In this document: positions 47,453-59,400 of the stretch, one piece after another
Layout: each line of letters starts with the position of its first letter
Position numbering within the stretch: position 1 is the first letter of the stretch
DNA from: Candidatus Binatia bacterium
GTDB taxonomy: Bacteria > Desulfobacterota > Binatia > UBA9968 > JAJDTQ01
Direction of reading: 5' to 3'
NCBI GenBank assembly: GCA_963666515.2
Contig: OY762897.2
Coordinates: forward strand, 3,840,001 to 3,904,000
Length of the DNA: 64,000 bases
Notes under the pieces: generated by a model
Database searches by the model: none
The model's input: only the letters and a program-made list of their open reading frames with translations
Told to the model about the DNA's origin: nothing
Program-made: the position numbers and the translations under genes

Positions 47453-50400
47453 GGCGGGCCGGACCGGGCATCGGAGGAGCGCAACAGGGCGCCGGCGGCG
47501 GAGCCCATAGCCATCGTCGGGATGTCGTGCCGTTTTCCCGGCGGCGGAGGATTGCCGGGATTCTGGCGGTTGCTGGAAAGCGGCGGCGATGGAGTGAGTC
47601 CGGGTCGCGGAGGCGACCTGGAGGAGCGGCTGGGACGGGTGTGGGCTGACGTGGGGACGATGGGACCGGGCGGCTACATCGGGGGGGTGGATCTGTTCGA
47701 CGCGGAGTTCTTCCGCATTGCGCCGGTGGAGGCGCGGCTGATGGACCCGCAGCAGCGGCTGTTGCTGGAGACCACCTGGGAGGCCCTGGAATGGGCGGGG
47801 ATTGACCCCGAAGGCCTCCGGGGAAGCCGGACCGGAGTGTACACGGGGATATCGAGCCACGATTACTGGGATTTGCTGTTGGCCTGCGGGGGGGAGGACT
47901 CGGAGAGCCTGTACATGGCGACGGGCGCGAGCATGAGCACCGCGGCGGGCCGGATCGCCTTTGCGCTGGGGCTGGCGGGGCCGGCGCTGGCGGTGGATAC
48001 GGCCAGCTCGTCCTCGCTTGTGGCGGTGCACCAGGCGGTGACGGCCTTGCAGTGGGGGGAGACGGACTTGGCGTTGGCGGGCGGGGTGAACGTGATGCTG
48101 TCGCCGGCGTTGACCGCGGCGTTCAGGAGCGGCGGGGTGCTGTCCCCGGACGGGCGCTGCAAGACGTTCGACGTGTCCGCCAACGGGATCGTGCGGGGCG
48201 AGGGCTGCGGGATGCTGGTGCTGAAGCGGTTGCGGGACGCGGAGGCTTCGGGTGACCGGATATGGGCCGTGATCCGGGGGTCGGCGGTGAACCAGGACGG
48301 GGCCAGCGCGGGCTTGGCGGCGCCGAACAGGTCGGCGCAAGAACGCGTGATCGAGGGCGCGCTGGCGCGGGCGGGGCTGGCGCCCTCGGAGGTGGACTAC
48401 CTGGAGGCGCACGGGACCGGGACGGAGTTGGGCGACCCGATCGAGATCCGCGCGGCGGCGACGGCGTATGGCGCGGGGCGCGACCCCGGGCGTCCTCTCC
48501 TGATGGGATCGGTGAAGACCAACATCGGACACCTGGAGGCTGCGGCCGGGGCAGCGGGATTGATCAAGGTGGTGCTGTCGATGGCGCACGGGGTGGTTCC
48601 GAAGCACCTGCATCTTCGCACGCCGACCCCGCGCGTAGAGTGGGAACTTCTGCCGGTGCGGGTGGCGCCGGACGGAGAGGCGTGGCCGGTGCGGGAGGGT
48701 CGTCCGCGGCGGGCGGGGATCAGCTCGTTCGGTTACGCGGGGACCAACGCTCACATGGTGGTGGAGGGATACGGAAGGGCGTCGGAGGCGGCCGGGTTCC
48801 TGCTGGCGGCGGGACCGGCGGTGGAGGTGAGCTGGCCGGAAGAGGTCGCGCGCCTGCGCCCCGAGGGGGGTGAAGCGCGGGCGGCCTCGCGGGGAAGGCG
48901 TCTGCTGCCGTTGTCGGGCCGGACCGAAGACGGGCTGCGGGCGCTGGCGGGCCGCTATCTGGAGTGGCTGGACGAAAGTACGCAGTCCACCTCCGACCCT
49001 GCCGGGGGGAGTCCGGGTCCGGGCGGGACGGACTGGCTGGGGGACGTGGCGTGGACGGCCGCGGTAGGCCGGAGCCACCGCGGCTTGCGCGCGCGGGTGA
49101 CGTTCGGCGGCGTCGAGGAGTTGCGCGAGAAGCTGGCGGCGCTGGCGGGCGGCGTGGATGCGGCCTCGGCGGCGTCGGGATCGGCGGGCGGAGCGCGGGT
49201 GGGGTTTCTTTTCACCGGACAGGGGAGCCAGTGGCCGGGCATGGGCCGGGACCTCTACGAGAGCGAACCCGTGTTCCGGGCGGTGCTGGACCGGTGCGAG
49301 GCGGAGGTGCGCGGCCTGCGCGGGGAGTCGTTGCTGGAGGTGATGTTCGAGCCGGGGCGCGGGGACGATCTGGCGGACACGCGCTGGACGCAGCCGGCCC
49401 TGTACGCGCTGGAGGCGGGTCTGCTGGAGCTGTGGCGGAGCGTCGGGGTGAGGCCGTCGGCGGTGCTGGGCCACAGCGTGGGAGAGATCGCCGCGGCCTA
49501 CGCCGCCGGCGCGTTCACGCTGGAGGCCGGGGCGCGGTTTGCCGCGGTGCGCGGCGGGTTGATGGGGTCGGTGAGCGAGGCGGGCGCCATGGCCGCAGTG
49601 TTCGGCCCGGCGGATTGGGTGTCGGGTCTGGTGGCGGAGTTGAACCGGGACGGCGCGGCGCCGGAACTGAGCGTGGCCGCGTACAACGGCGGGCACCAGG
49701 TCGTGAGCGGGGCCGCGGACGCCGTGGTCGCGGCGCTGGAGCGTTGCCGGTCGGAAGGGGTGCGGGCGGAGCGTCTTCGGGTGAGCCACGCGTTCCACAG
49801 CGGCTTGATGGAGCCGGTCCTGGACGAGTTGGAACAGGCGGCCGAGGACTTGCAGGCGTCGCCGCCGCGGGTGCCCCTGGCGAGCAACGTGACCGGCCGG
49901 ATGGCGGCGCCGGGAGAGGCGCTGGACGGGGCGTACTGGCGGCGGCACGCGCGGGAGCCGGTGGCGTTCGCCGCGGGGGTGCGGGCGCTGGCGGAGTCCG
50001 GGGTGGACGTGCTGGTGGAGGTGGGGCCGCGGCCGGTGCTGGGGCCCATGGCATTGCTGGCCTGGCCGGGAGAGGAGGCGGGTGAAGCGGCCGGGTCTTC
50101 CGGGGAATCGCCGGGCACGCGGCCCGGAAGACCGCTGGTGCTGCCGAGCCTGAGGCCGCCGGAACAGGGCGGCGGCGGGGGGTTCGCGGAAGCGGCCGCG
50201 GGCGCCTACGAGGCGGGTTTGAGCCTGAGCTTCGAGGGATTGTTCGTCGGCGAGGCGCGCCGGCGGGTGACGTTGCCGGGTTATCCGTTCCAGCGGCGGC
50301 GGTACTGGGTGGACGCGGCGCACGAGGTGCGCCGGGGCGTGGACCGGCATCCGGTCGGGGGCCGCGCTGACGATCTCCCGTACACGCAGGTGTGGCGGGA

Positions 50401-53400
50401 GGCGGAGAATTGCGGACCGCAGCCGGCGGCGTTCCTGCTGTCTCCCGAAGCCGCGGCGGCCGCGGCGGGCGGAATTGAAGAACACCTGGGGGCGGAAGGG
50501 TTGTCGCTGCCGGAGGCCGCGGCGTTGGCCGGCGACCTGGAACGGGTGTCCCGCGGGTATGCGTTGGCGACGTTGGACGCGTTGGGGTGGCGGCGGGAGC
50601 GCGGCGAGGAGGTGGAGACGGAGGCGTTGCGGCGCCGCCTGGAAGTGGTTCCGGACCACTCCGCGGCTTTCGGCCGGCTGTTGAGGCTGGCGGCGGCCGC
50701 GGGAGTCCTGGCGCCGGCGGCGGGCGGCCCGGACGGTTCCATGTGGCGCGCGGTATCGGGTTCGGAGGAAGGGTTGGCGGACGGCGCGCTGGCGGACCCG
50801 GACGGCCTCGCCGCGGCGCTGGCGGAGCGTCGCCCCGCGATGGCCGTCGAGCTGGCCCTGCTGTCGCGTTGCGCGGGTTCGCTGGCGGAGGTCCTGCGCG
50901 GGCGGTCGTCGCTGGTGGGTCTCCTGTTTGGCGAGGCGAGGCCGAACGCCGCGGAGCTGTACCGGGAAGCGCCGGCGATGCGCGCGGTGAGCCGGTTGGC
51001 AGGGGCGGTGGCGGGTGCGGCGGTCTCGGAGCTGCCCGCGGGGCGCCGGTTGCGCGTCCTGGAGCTGGGAGCGGGCACCGGAGGCACGACGGATTGGGTC
51101 CTGGCGGCGCTGCCGGAGGGGCGGTACGAGTACGCCTTCACCGACGTATCCGCGGGATTCTTCCCCGCGGCGCAGGAGCGGTTCGGCAACGGCGATCCGC
51201 TGGAATACCGGGAGCTGGACGTCGAGCGGGACCCGGTGGAACAGGGATTCCCCGCGCACGGGTACGACCTGGTGGTGGCGGCGAACGTGCTGCACGCGAC
51301 GCGGGACCTGAGGGAGACGCTGGCGCATTGCCGCCGGTTGCTGGCGCCGGACGGTTTGCTGGTGGCGCTGGAGGGCATGGAGCCGCAGGGGTGGCTGGAC
51401 GTGGCGTTCAGTCCGTTGGAGGGCTGGTGGCGGTTCCGGGAGGGAGCGGACGGATATCGTGAAGACTACCCGTTGATGGGGGCGGGTGAGTGGCGGCGGG
51501 CGCTCGGGGACGCCGGGTTCGGGGAGATGACGGTGGCGGGGCTGGCGGAAGAAGGCGCGTGGCAGGGCGTGGTGGTTGCGCGCGGGCCCGCGGAGTTGGA
51601 GGAGCCGGAGGGGTTGTGGGTGGTGGCCCCGGACGAGGGCGGCGAGGGCTTGGAGTTGGCGCGGCGGCTGGCGGAGCGCAACCAGCGGGTGGTGGTGGCG
51701 CTGGACGAGTCCGCGGGAGAGGCCGGGGATCCGACGGCGGCGGGCGTGGCCTCGGCGCGGCTGGACACGTCGAGCCGGGACGGCTGGTGCGGACTGCTGG
51801 CGGGGCTGTCCGGGGCGCCGTTGCGCGGGGTGGTGCATCTGGCGGCGTTGTCGGGACACGGCGGAAGCGCGGACGCGGCCGGGCCGGCGGCGGACGTGGA
51901 ACGCCTCGTCGGCAGCGCGCTGGCGCTGGCGCAGGGGTTGGCGGACGCCGGCGCGGAGCCGTCCGCGGGGTTGTTCCTGGTGACGCGCGGCGGGCAGGTG
52001 GTGGAGCGGGAGACCGGCGGGCAGTTGTCCGGCGCGGCGTTGTGGGGTTTGGGGCAGACGCTGGCGCAGGAGGCCGGGCCGTCGCGGCTGCGGATGGTGG
52101 ACCTGGACCCGGCCGCGGACGCCGGCATCGGCGGGTTGGTGGACGAGTTGCTGCACCCGGACGGGGAGACGCGGGTGGCGCACCGAGGCGGCGGCCGGCG
52201 GGTATTGCGCCTGGTCGGCGCGGAGGCCGGTCCGGGGCTGCCGGAGGACGGCGAGTCGCGGCTCGGGGCGGGCGCTGGCGGGGGGCCGGCGCGGCTGGCC
52301 GCGGGCGTTGGCGACGGCGCCGCAGAGCCGCCGGCCGGCCTGTTGGAGCGGTTGCGGCAAGCGCGGGCGTCGGATCGGGAGGAGCTGCTGCTCGGATTCG
52401 TGCGGCGGGAGCTGCAGGCGGTGTTGGGGCTTCCGTCCCTGCCCGCGGCCGGGGTGGGGTTCTTCGACCTCGGCATGGACTCGTTGATGGCGGTCAAGTT
52501 CCAGACCGGCCTGAACCGGGGTCTGGCGGGGGTGTATTCCGCGCCGAGCACCGTGGCCTTCGACTACGCCAGTTGCGAGCTTCTGGCCCGTCACCTGGCG
52601 GAGCAACTGGGGGTTCTCGATGCGCCGGCGGAACCGGCGCACCGGGCGCCGGCGCCGGGCGGCGACGAAGAGGTGGCGGTGGTGGGGATGGCGTGCCGTT
52701 TCCCCGGCGGCGGGGACCTGGCAGCGTTCTGGCGGCTGCTGGAGTCCGGCGGGGATGCGGTCACGGAGGGGCGTGACCGGCTCCCCGGGTCTTCCGCGGT
52801 AACGCCCTGGAGCGCGGCGCTGGCCGAGGGGTCGAACCGGTGGGGCGGTTTCATCGAGGGGCTGGACCTCTTCGACGCCGAGTTCTTCCGTATAGCGCCG
52901 GTGGAGGCGCGGCTGCTGGACCCGCAGCAGCGGTTGCTGCTGGAGACGAGCTGGCAGGCGCTGGAGTCGGCGGCTACGGACGCGGCGCGGCTCAAGGGCA
53001 GCCGCACCGGAGTGTACGCCGGGATATCGAGCCACGACTACTGGGACATGTTGTCGGCCGCGGGTGGGGAGGACGCGCTGGCCATGTACGCGGCCACCGG
53101 GGCCAGCGGCAGCACCGCCATCGGCCGGGTGGCGTTCGTGCTGGGGCTGGAGGGACCGGTGCTGGCGGTGGACACGGCGTGCTCGTCGTCGCTGGTGGCG
53201 GTGCACCAGGCGGTGCTGGGATTGCAGCGGGGCGACGCCGACCTGGCGCTGGCGGGCGGGGTGCACGTGATGCTGTCGCCGGCGGTGACGGAGTCGTTCC
53301 GGCGCGGCGGGATGCTGTCTCCGGACGGGCGCTGCAAGACGTTCGACGCGTCGGCGAACGGGTACGTCCGCGGCGAGGGCTGCGGGGTGGTGGTGCTGAA

Positions 53401-56400
53401 GCGGCTGCGGGACGCGGAGGCGGACGGGGACCGGATCTGGGCCGTGATCCGTGGGTCGGCGGTGAACCACGACGGCGCGAGCGCGGGGCTGACGGTGCCG
53501 AGCGGGCCGGCTCAGGAGCGTGTGATCGGGACGGCGTTGGCGCAGGCGGGTCTGTCGCCCGCGGAGGTGGACTACCTGGAGGCCCACGGGACCGGGACGG
53601 AGCTGGGGGACCCGATCGAGGTGAATGCCGCGGCCGCGGCGTATGGCGCGGGCCGCGAGCCGGAGCGTCCGCTGCTGCTGGGGTCGGCCAAGACCAACGT
53701 GGGACACCTGGAGGCGGCTGCCGGGGTGGCGGGGCTGATCAAGGTGGTGCTGTCGATGGCGCACGGGGTGATCCCCAAGAGCCTGCATTTTCGGGAGCCG
53801 AATCCGCACGTGGACTGGGCGGGGCTGCCGGTGCGGGTGGTGTCGGAGCAGGAGGAGTGGCCGGTGCGGGAGGGGGCGCCGGCGCGGGCGGGGGTGAGTT
53901 CGTTCGGGTTTTCGGGGACCAACGCGCACGTGGTGGTGGAGGGGTATGGAGACGCGTCGGAGCAGGGGAAAGGGCTGACGGGTTCCGGGCGGGCGGTGCC
54001 GGTGGGATCGCCGGACGGGCTCGTGGAGGAAGGGCCGGAGGGTGGTGATGAGTGTGAGGCACGGGAGCGCCGGCTGCTGGCGTTGTCGGGCCGGACGGAG
54101 GGGGCGGTGCGGGAGTTGGCGGGTCGTTACGTGGAGTGGCTGGAGGAGCAAGGGCCGTGGACGGACGAGGGTGTCGAGGATGGGGATTTGTCCGGGCGGG
54201 AGAGGTTGGCGGACATGGCGTGGACGGCCGGGGTGGGACGGAGCCACCACGGGCATCGGGCGGGGGTCACGTTTGCGGGTGCCGAGGAGTTGCGCGGGAA
54301 GCTGGCGGAGCTGGCGGAGGGGAGGAGCGCGCCGGGGGTGTCGGCGGGATCGAGGGCGGCGCGGGAGAGCGAGGAGGCGCCGAAGGTGGGCTTTCTGTTC
54401 ACGGGCCAGGGGAGCCAGTGGGCGGGGATGGGCCGCGGGCTGTACGAGCGGGAGCCGGTGTTCCGCGGGGTCCTGGACCGGTGCGAGGCCGCGGTGCGTG
54501 AGCTTCGCGGGGAGTCGCTGCTGGAGGTGATGTTCGGGGAGGAGGGAGCCGAGGGGTCTCTGGACGACACGCGGTGGACGCAGCCCGGGTTGTACGCGCT
54601 GGAGGCAGGGTTGTGCGAGTTGTGGGCGAGCATGGGTGTGAGGCCGTCGGCGGTGCTGGGCCACAGCGTTGGGGAGATAGCGGCGGCGTATGCGGCGGGG
54701 GTTTGGACGCTGGAGGAAGGGGTGCGGTTTGCGGCGCGGCGCGGAGAGTTGATGAGGAATTTGCCGGTGTCGGGGCCGAGGGCAGGAGCGATGGCCGCGG
54801 TGTTCACGACGGCGGGGGGAGTGGAGGAGCTGGTGGCGGCGGTGAACGGGACGAAGGGTGGAGAGGATTGGCTGAGCGTAGGGGCGTACAACGGAGCGCA
54901 CCAGGTGGTGAGCGGAGCGGCCGGGGCCGTGGAGGCTCTGCTGGAGCAATGTGAGGGGAGCGGGATACGCGCGGCGCGGTTGCGTGTGAGCCACGGGTTC
55001 CACAGCGTGCTGATGGAGCCGGTTCTGGAGGAGTTGGAGGGGTTGCTGGAGGGGGTGGGTGTATCGGCGCCCGGGGTGGATTTGGTGAGCAACTTGACCG
55101 GGCGGGTGATGGGAGCGGGAGAGTTGATGGACGGGGCGTACTGGCGGCGTCACGCGCGGGAGCCGGTGGCGTTCGGGGCCGGGGTGGCGGCGTTGTCGGA
55201 GATGGGGGTGGAGGTGCTGGTGGAGTTGGGGCCGGGGCCGGTGCTGGGCGCGATGGCGGCATTGGCGTGGCCGGTGGGAGAGGTCAACGGCGCCGCGGCG
55301 CCTTCGGGCTCGGGGGCTGGGGGGCCGGTGGTGGTGCCGAGTCTGAGAGGCAAGGGTGAGGATGGCGTCGGGGGAACGTCGGACGGCGGTTTCGTGGAGG
55401 CGGTGGCGGGGGCGTATGCGGCCGGGTTGGAGGTGGGCTTCGCGGGCCTGTTCGTGGGAGAGGAGCGCCGCCGGGTGTCGTTGCCGGGGTATCCCTTCCA
55501 GCGGCAGCGGTACTGGGCGGATGCAACCGCGCCCGAGTTCCCGTCGGTGGCAAGGCGCGCGGAGGAACTGCTGTACACGCCGGTCTGGCGCGAGGCCGCG
55601 TCCGCGGGCGAGCCGCGGCAGGGGGTGGCCGAGGCGGAAGCGGCGCCGGGGCTGTGGGTGGTGGCGTTGGACCATGAGGGCGAGGGGATGGAGCTGGCGG
55701 GAGAGCTGGCGGCGCGGAATCAGCGCGTGGTGGCGGTGGCGGACGAGGGGGTGGAGGTAGATGAGGCGTCAGGAGCGGACGTGGTGCGGCTGGCGACCTC
55801 GAGCCGGAAGGGATGGCGGGGACTGCTGGAGGGGTTGTCGCAGGAGGGGTTGCGGGGCGTGGTGCATCTCGGAGCGTTGTCGGGTCACGGGTGCGGCGCG
55901 GCCGCGGCGGAGATGGCGGAGGACGTGGAGCGCGGGACCGGGAGCGCGCTGGCGCTGGCGCAAGGGCTGCTGGACGCCGGGGTGGAGCCGGCCGCGGGGC
56001 TGTGGCTGGTGACGCGCGGGGCGCAGGTGGTGGCGGAGGAGCGGGCGGGCGAGTTGGCGGGAGCGGCGCTGTGGGGGCTGGGGAAGACGCTGGTGCTGGA
56101 GGCGGGGCAGGTAAAGCCCCGGTTGGTGGATTTGGACCCGGAGGAGGAGAGCGGGTTCGAGGCTCTGGTGGAGGAGTTGCTGCGCCCGGACCGGGAGACG
56201 GAGGTGGCGTATCGCGGCGGCCGACGGGTGTTGCGCCTGGTGCGCGGGGTTGTGCGGCCGGCGTTGCCCGAGCAGGCGGACGGGCGGCCGGCGCCGGAGG
56301 CGGACGGTCCGTTGGAGAGCGTGGCGCCGTCGCCGGGCGGGCTGCGGGAGGACGGCACGTACCTGGTGACCGGAGGGCTGGGAGGCATCGGCCTGGAGTT

Positions 56401-59400
56401 GGCCGGGTGGCTGGCGGACCGCGGCGCGCGGAGCCTGGTGCTGAACGGCCGGCGGGAGCCGGGAGAGCCGGCCAAGGCGGTGGTGGAAGGGCTGCGCGGG
56501 AGGGGGGTGGACGTGCGGGTGGAGCTGGCGGACGTGACCGACGAGGCCGCGGTGGCGGCGATGCTGGAGCGCGTGGAAGGGGAGATGCCCCGGTTGGCGG
56601 GGGTGTTTCACAGCGTCGGGGTGTTGTCGGACGCATCGGTCCTGAACCAGGACTGGAGCCGGTTCGAGCGGGTGCTGTGGCCGAAGGTCCTGGGGGCGTG
56701 GCGCCTGCACCGGGCGACCGCGGAGCGGGAGCTGGACCTGTTCGTGCTGTTCACGAGCCTGATGGGAGTGCTGGGCAATCCCGGACAGGCGAACTACGCC
56801 GCGGCCAATGCGTTCCTGGACCAGTTGGCCCGGCACCGCCGGGCGTCGGGACTGGCGGGGCAGTCCATCGCGTGGGGAGCGTGGTCGGGGACGGGGGAGG
56901 CGGAAGAGCAGCGGGATCAGATCGCCAAGCGGTTGGCGGCTGCCGGAATGGGCTGGATGACGGCGCAACAGGGTCTGGAGGCGTTGGACCGGGTGTTGCG
57001 CGCCGGAGCGGCCACCAGCGTGGCGGCGTCGGTGGACTGGCGGTTGTACGGAGAGCGCGTGAAGGAGGCGCCGCCGTTGCTGGAGGAGCTGGTGGCCGCG
57101 GCCGCGGGCGGCGGCCCGGAGCCGGGACGGGACCTGATGGACCGGCTGCGGGAGGCGCGGGAGCCGGAGCGGGAAGGGATGCTGCTGGAGTTCGTGCAGC
57201 GGGAGTTGCAGGGGGTGTTGCAGACCCCGGCGTTGCCGGACGCGGAGGTGGGCTTTTTTGACCTGGGGATGGACTCGTTGACCGCCGCGGAGTTGCGGAA
57301 CCGTCTCAACCGGGGATTGGCGGGCGTCGCGGTGCTGCCGGGCACGGTGGTGTTCGACCACGGCAGTCCGGCGGCGTTGGCGCGGCATCTGGCGGAGGAA
57401 TTGGGGTTCCTCGACGCCCCGGCGGCGCCGGCGCGGCGCGCGTTGTTGCCGCGCGGGGACGACAGGATCGCGGTCGTGGGCATGGCGTGCCGTTTTCCCG
57501 GCGGCGGCGGCCTGGAGGGGTTCTGGCGGCTGCTGGAGTCGGGCGGGGACGTGGTCACCGAGAGTCGTGTCAGCCCGGTGGGCGGTCCCGCGGCAGGACT
57601 CTACGGGGACGTCCCGGACGACGGGTCGTGGGGAGGCTTCATCGAAGGCGTGGACCTGTTCGACGCGGACTTTTTCCGCATCGCCCCGGTGGAGGCGTAC
57701 GTCCTGGACCCTCAACAGCGGTTGCTGCTGGAGACGAGCTGGGAGGCGCTGGAGTCCGCGGGAATCGACGCCGGGCGCCTCAAGGGGAGCCGCACGGGGG
57801 TGTACGCGGGGATCACCTCCCAGGACTACCGGGAACTGGTGGCGGCCAGCGGGGTGGATTCCGCCAGCCTGTACGTCGAGTCGGGAAACGGCGGCAGCAC
57901 GGCCATCGGCCGGATCGCTTTCACGCTGGGCCTGGAGGGTCCCGCGATGGCGGTGGACACGGCGTGCTCGTCGTCCCTGGTGGCGCTGCACCAGGCCGCG
58001 TCGGCCCTGCAGCGCGGGGAGGCGGACTTGGCTCTGGCGGGCGGGGTGAACGTGCTGCTGTCCGCGGCCATGACCGAGTCGCTCCGCAACGGCGGGATGC
58101 TGTCGCCGGAAGGACGCTGCAAGACCTTCGACGCGTCCGCGGACGGATACGTGCGGGGCGAGGGCTGCGGCGTGGTGGTGTTGAAGCGGCTGCGGGACGC
58201 GGAGGCGGACGGGGACCGCATCTGGGGGGTCATCGTCGGCTCCGCGGTGAACCACGACGGGGCGAGCGCGGGGTTGACGGTTCCCAACGGTTCGGCGCAG
58301 GAGCGTGTGATCGCGGAGGCGCTGGCGCGCGCGGGGCTGGAGCCCCGGGACGTGGACTACCTGGAGGCGCACGGCAGCGGCACGGAGCTGGGCGACCCCA
58401 TCGAGGTGCGCGCCGCGGCCGCGGCCTATGGCGCCGGCCGCGACGCCGGGCGTCCGCTGCTGCTGGGGACGGTGAAGACGAACATCGGGCACCTGGAGGC
58501 GGCCGCGGGAGTGGCGGGCCTGATCAAGGCGGTGCTGTCGATGGCGCACGGGGTGATTCCCGGGAGCCTGCACTACCGGGAGCCGAACCCGCACGTGGAC
58601 TGGGCGCGGCTGCCGGTGCGGGTGGTGTCCGAGGCCGAGGACTGGCCGTCGGGCGCCGGGCGCCCGGCGCGCACAGGGGTCAGCTCGTTCGGGTTTTCGG
58701 GCACCAACGCGCACGTGGTGGTGGAGGCATACGGCGCGGACGCGGAGGCCGGCGATGCCGATTCCGCCGCGGGCCGGAGTCCGGCGGCGCCGCGCGACGG
58801 CGCGGCCTCGGGGCCCGCGGTGGCGGTGGAATGGCCGGAGGGAGTAGCGGAGCTGCGGCCGGCGGCGGCAACCGGCGCTGTCCCCGCGGCGCGGGAGCGG
58901 CGGCTGCTGCCGTTGTCCGGGCACACCGCGGAGGCGCTGCGGGCGCTTGCCGGACGCTATGCGGACTGGCTGGAGGAGCGCGGGCCGTCTCCGGCCGGCG
59001 ACGGCGACCCGGGCGCCGTCGCCGGCGAGTGGCTGGCGGACGTGGCGTGGACGGCCGGGGTCGGACGGAGCCATCACCGGCGTCGGGCCGGGGTGACGTT
59101 CGGCGACGCGGGAGAGTTGCGGGAGAAGCTCGCAGAGCTGGCGTCGGGGAGCGGGGAGGAGGCCGCGGTCTGGCCGCGGACCGGGCCGGAGCCGAAGGTG
59201 GGGTTCCTGTTCACCGGTCAGGGGAGCCAGTGGGTGGGGATGGGGCGGGAGTTGTACGACCGCGAGCCGGTGTTCCGGGCCGTCCTGGACCGGTGCGACA
59301 CCGTGGTCGCGGCACTGCGGGGGGAGTCGCTCCTGGGGGTGATGTTCGGGGACGCGGGGAGCGCCGGATCGTTGGACGACACGCGCTGGACGCAGCCGGC

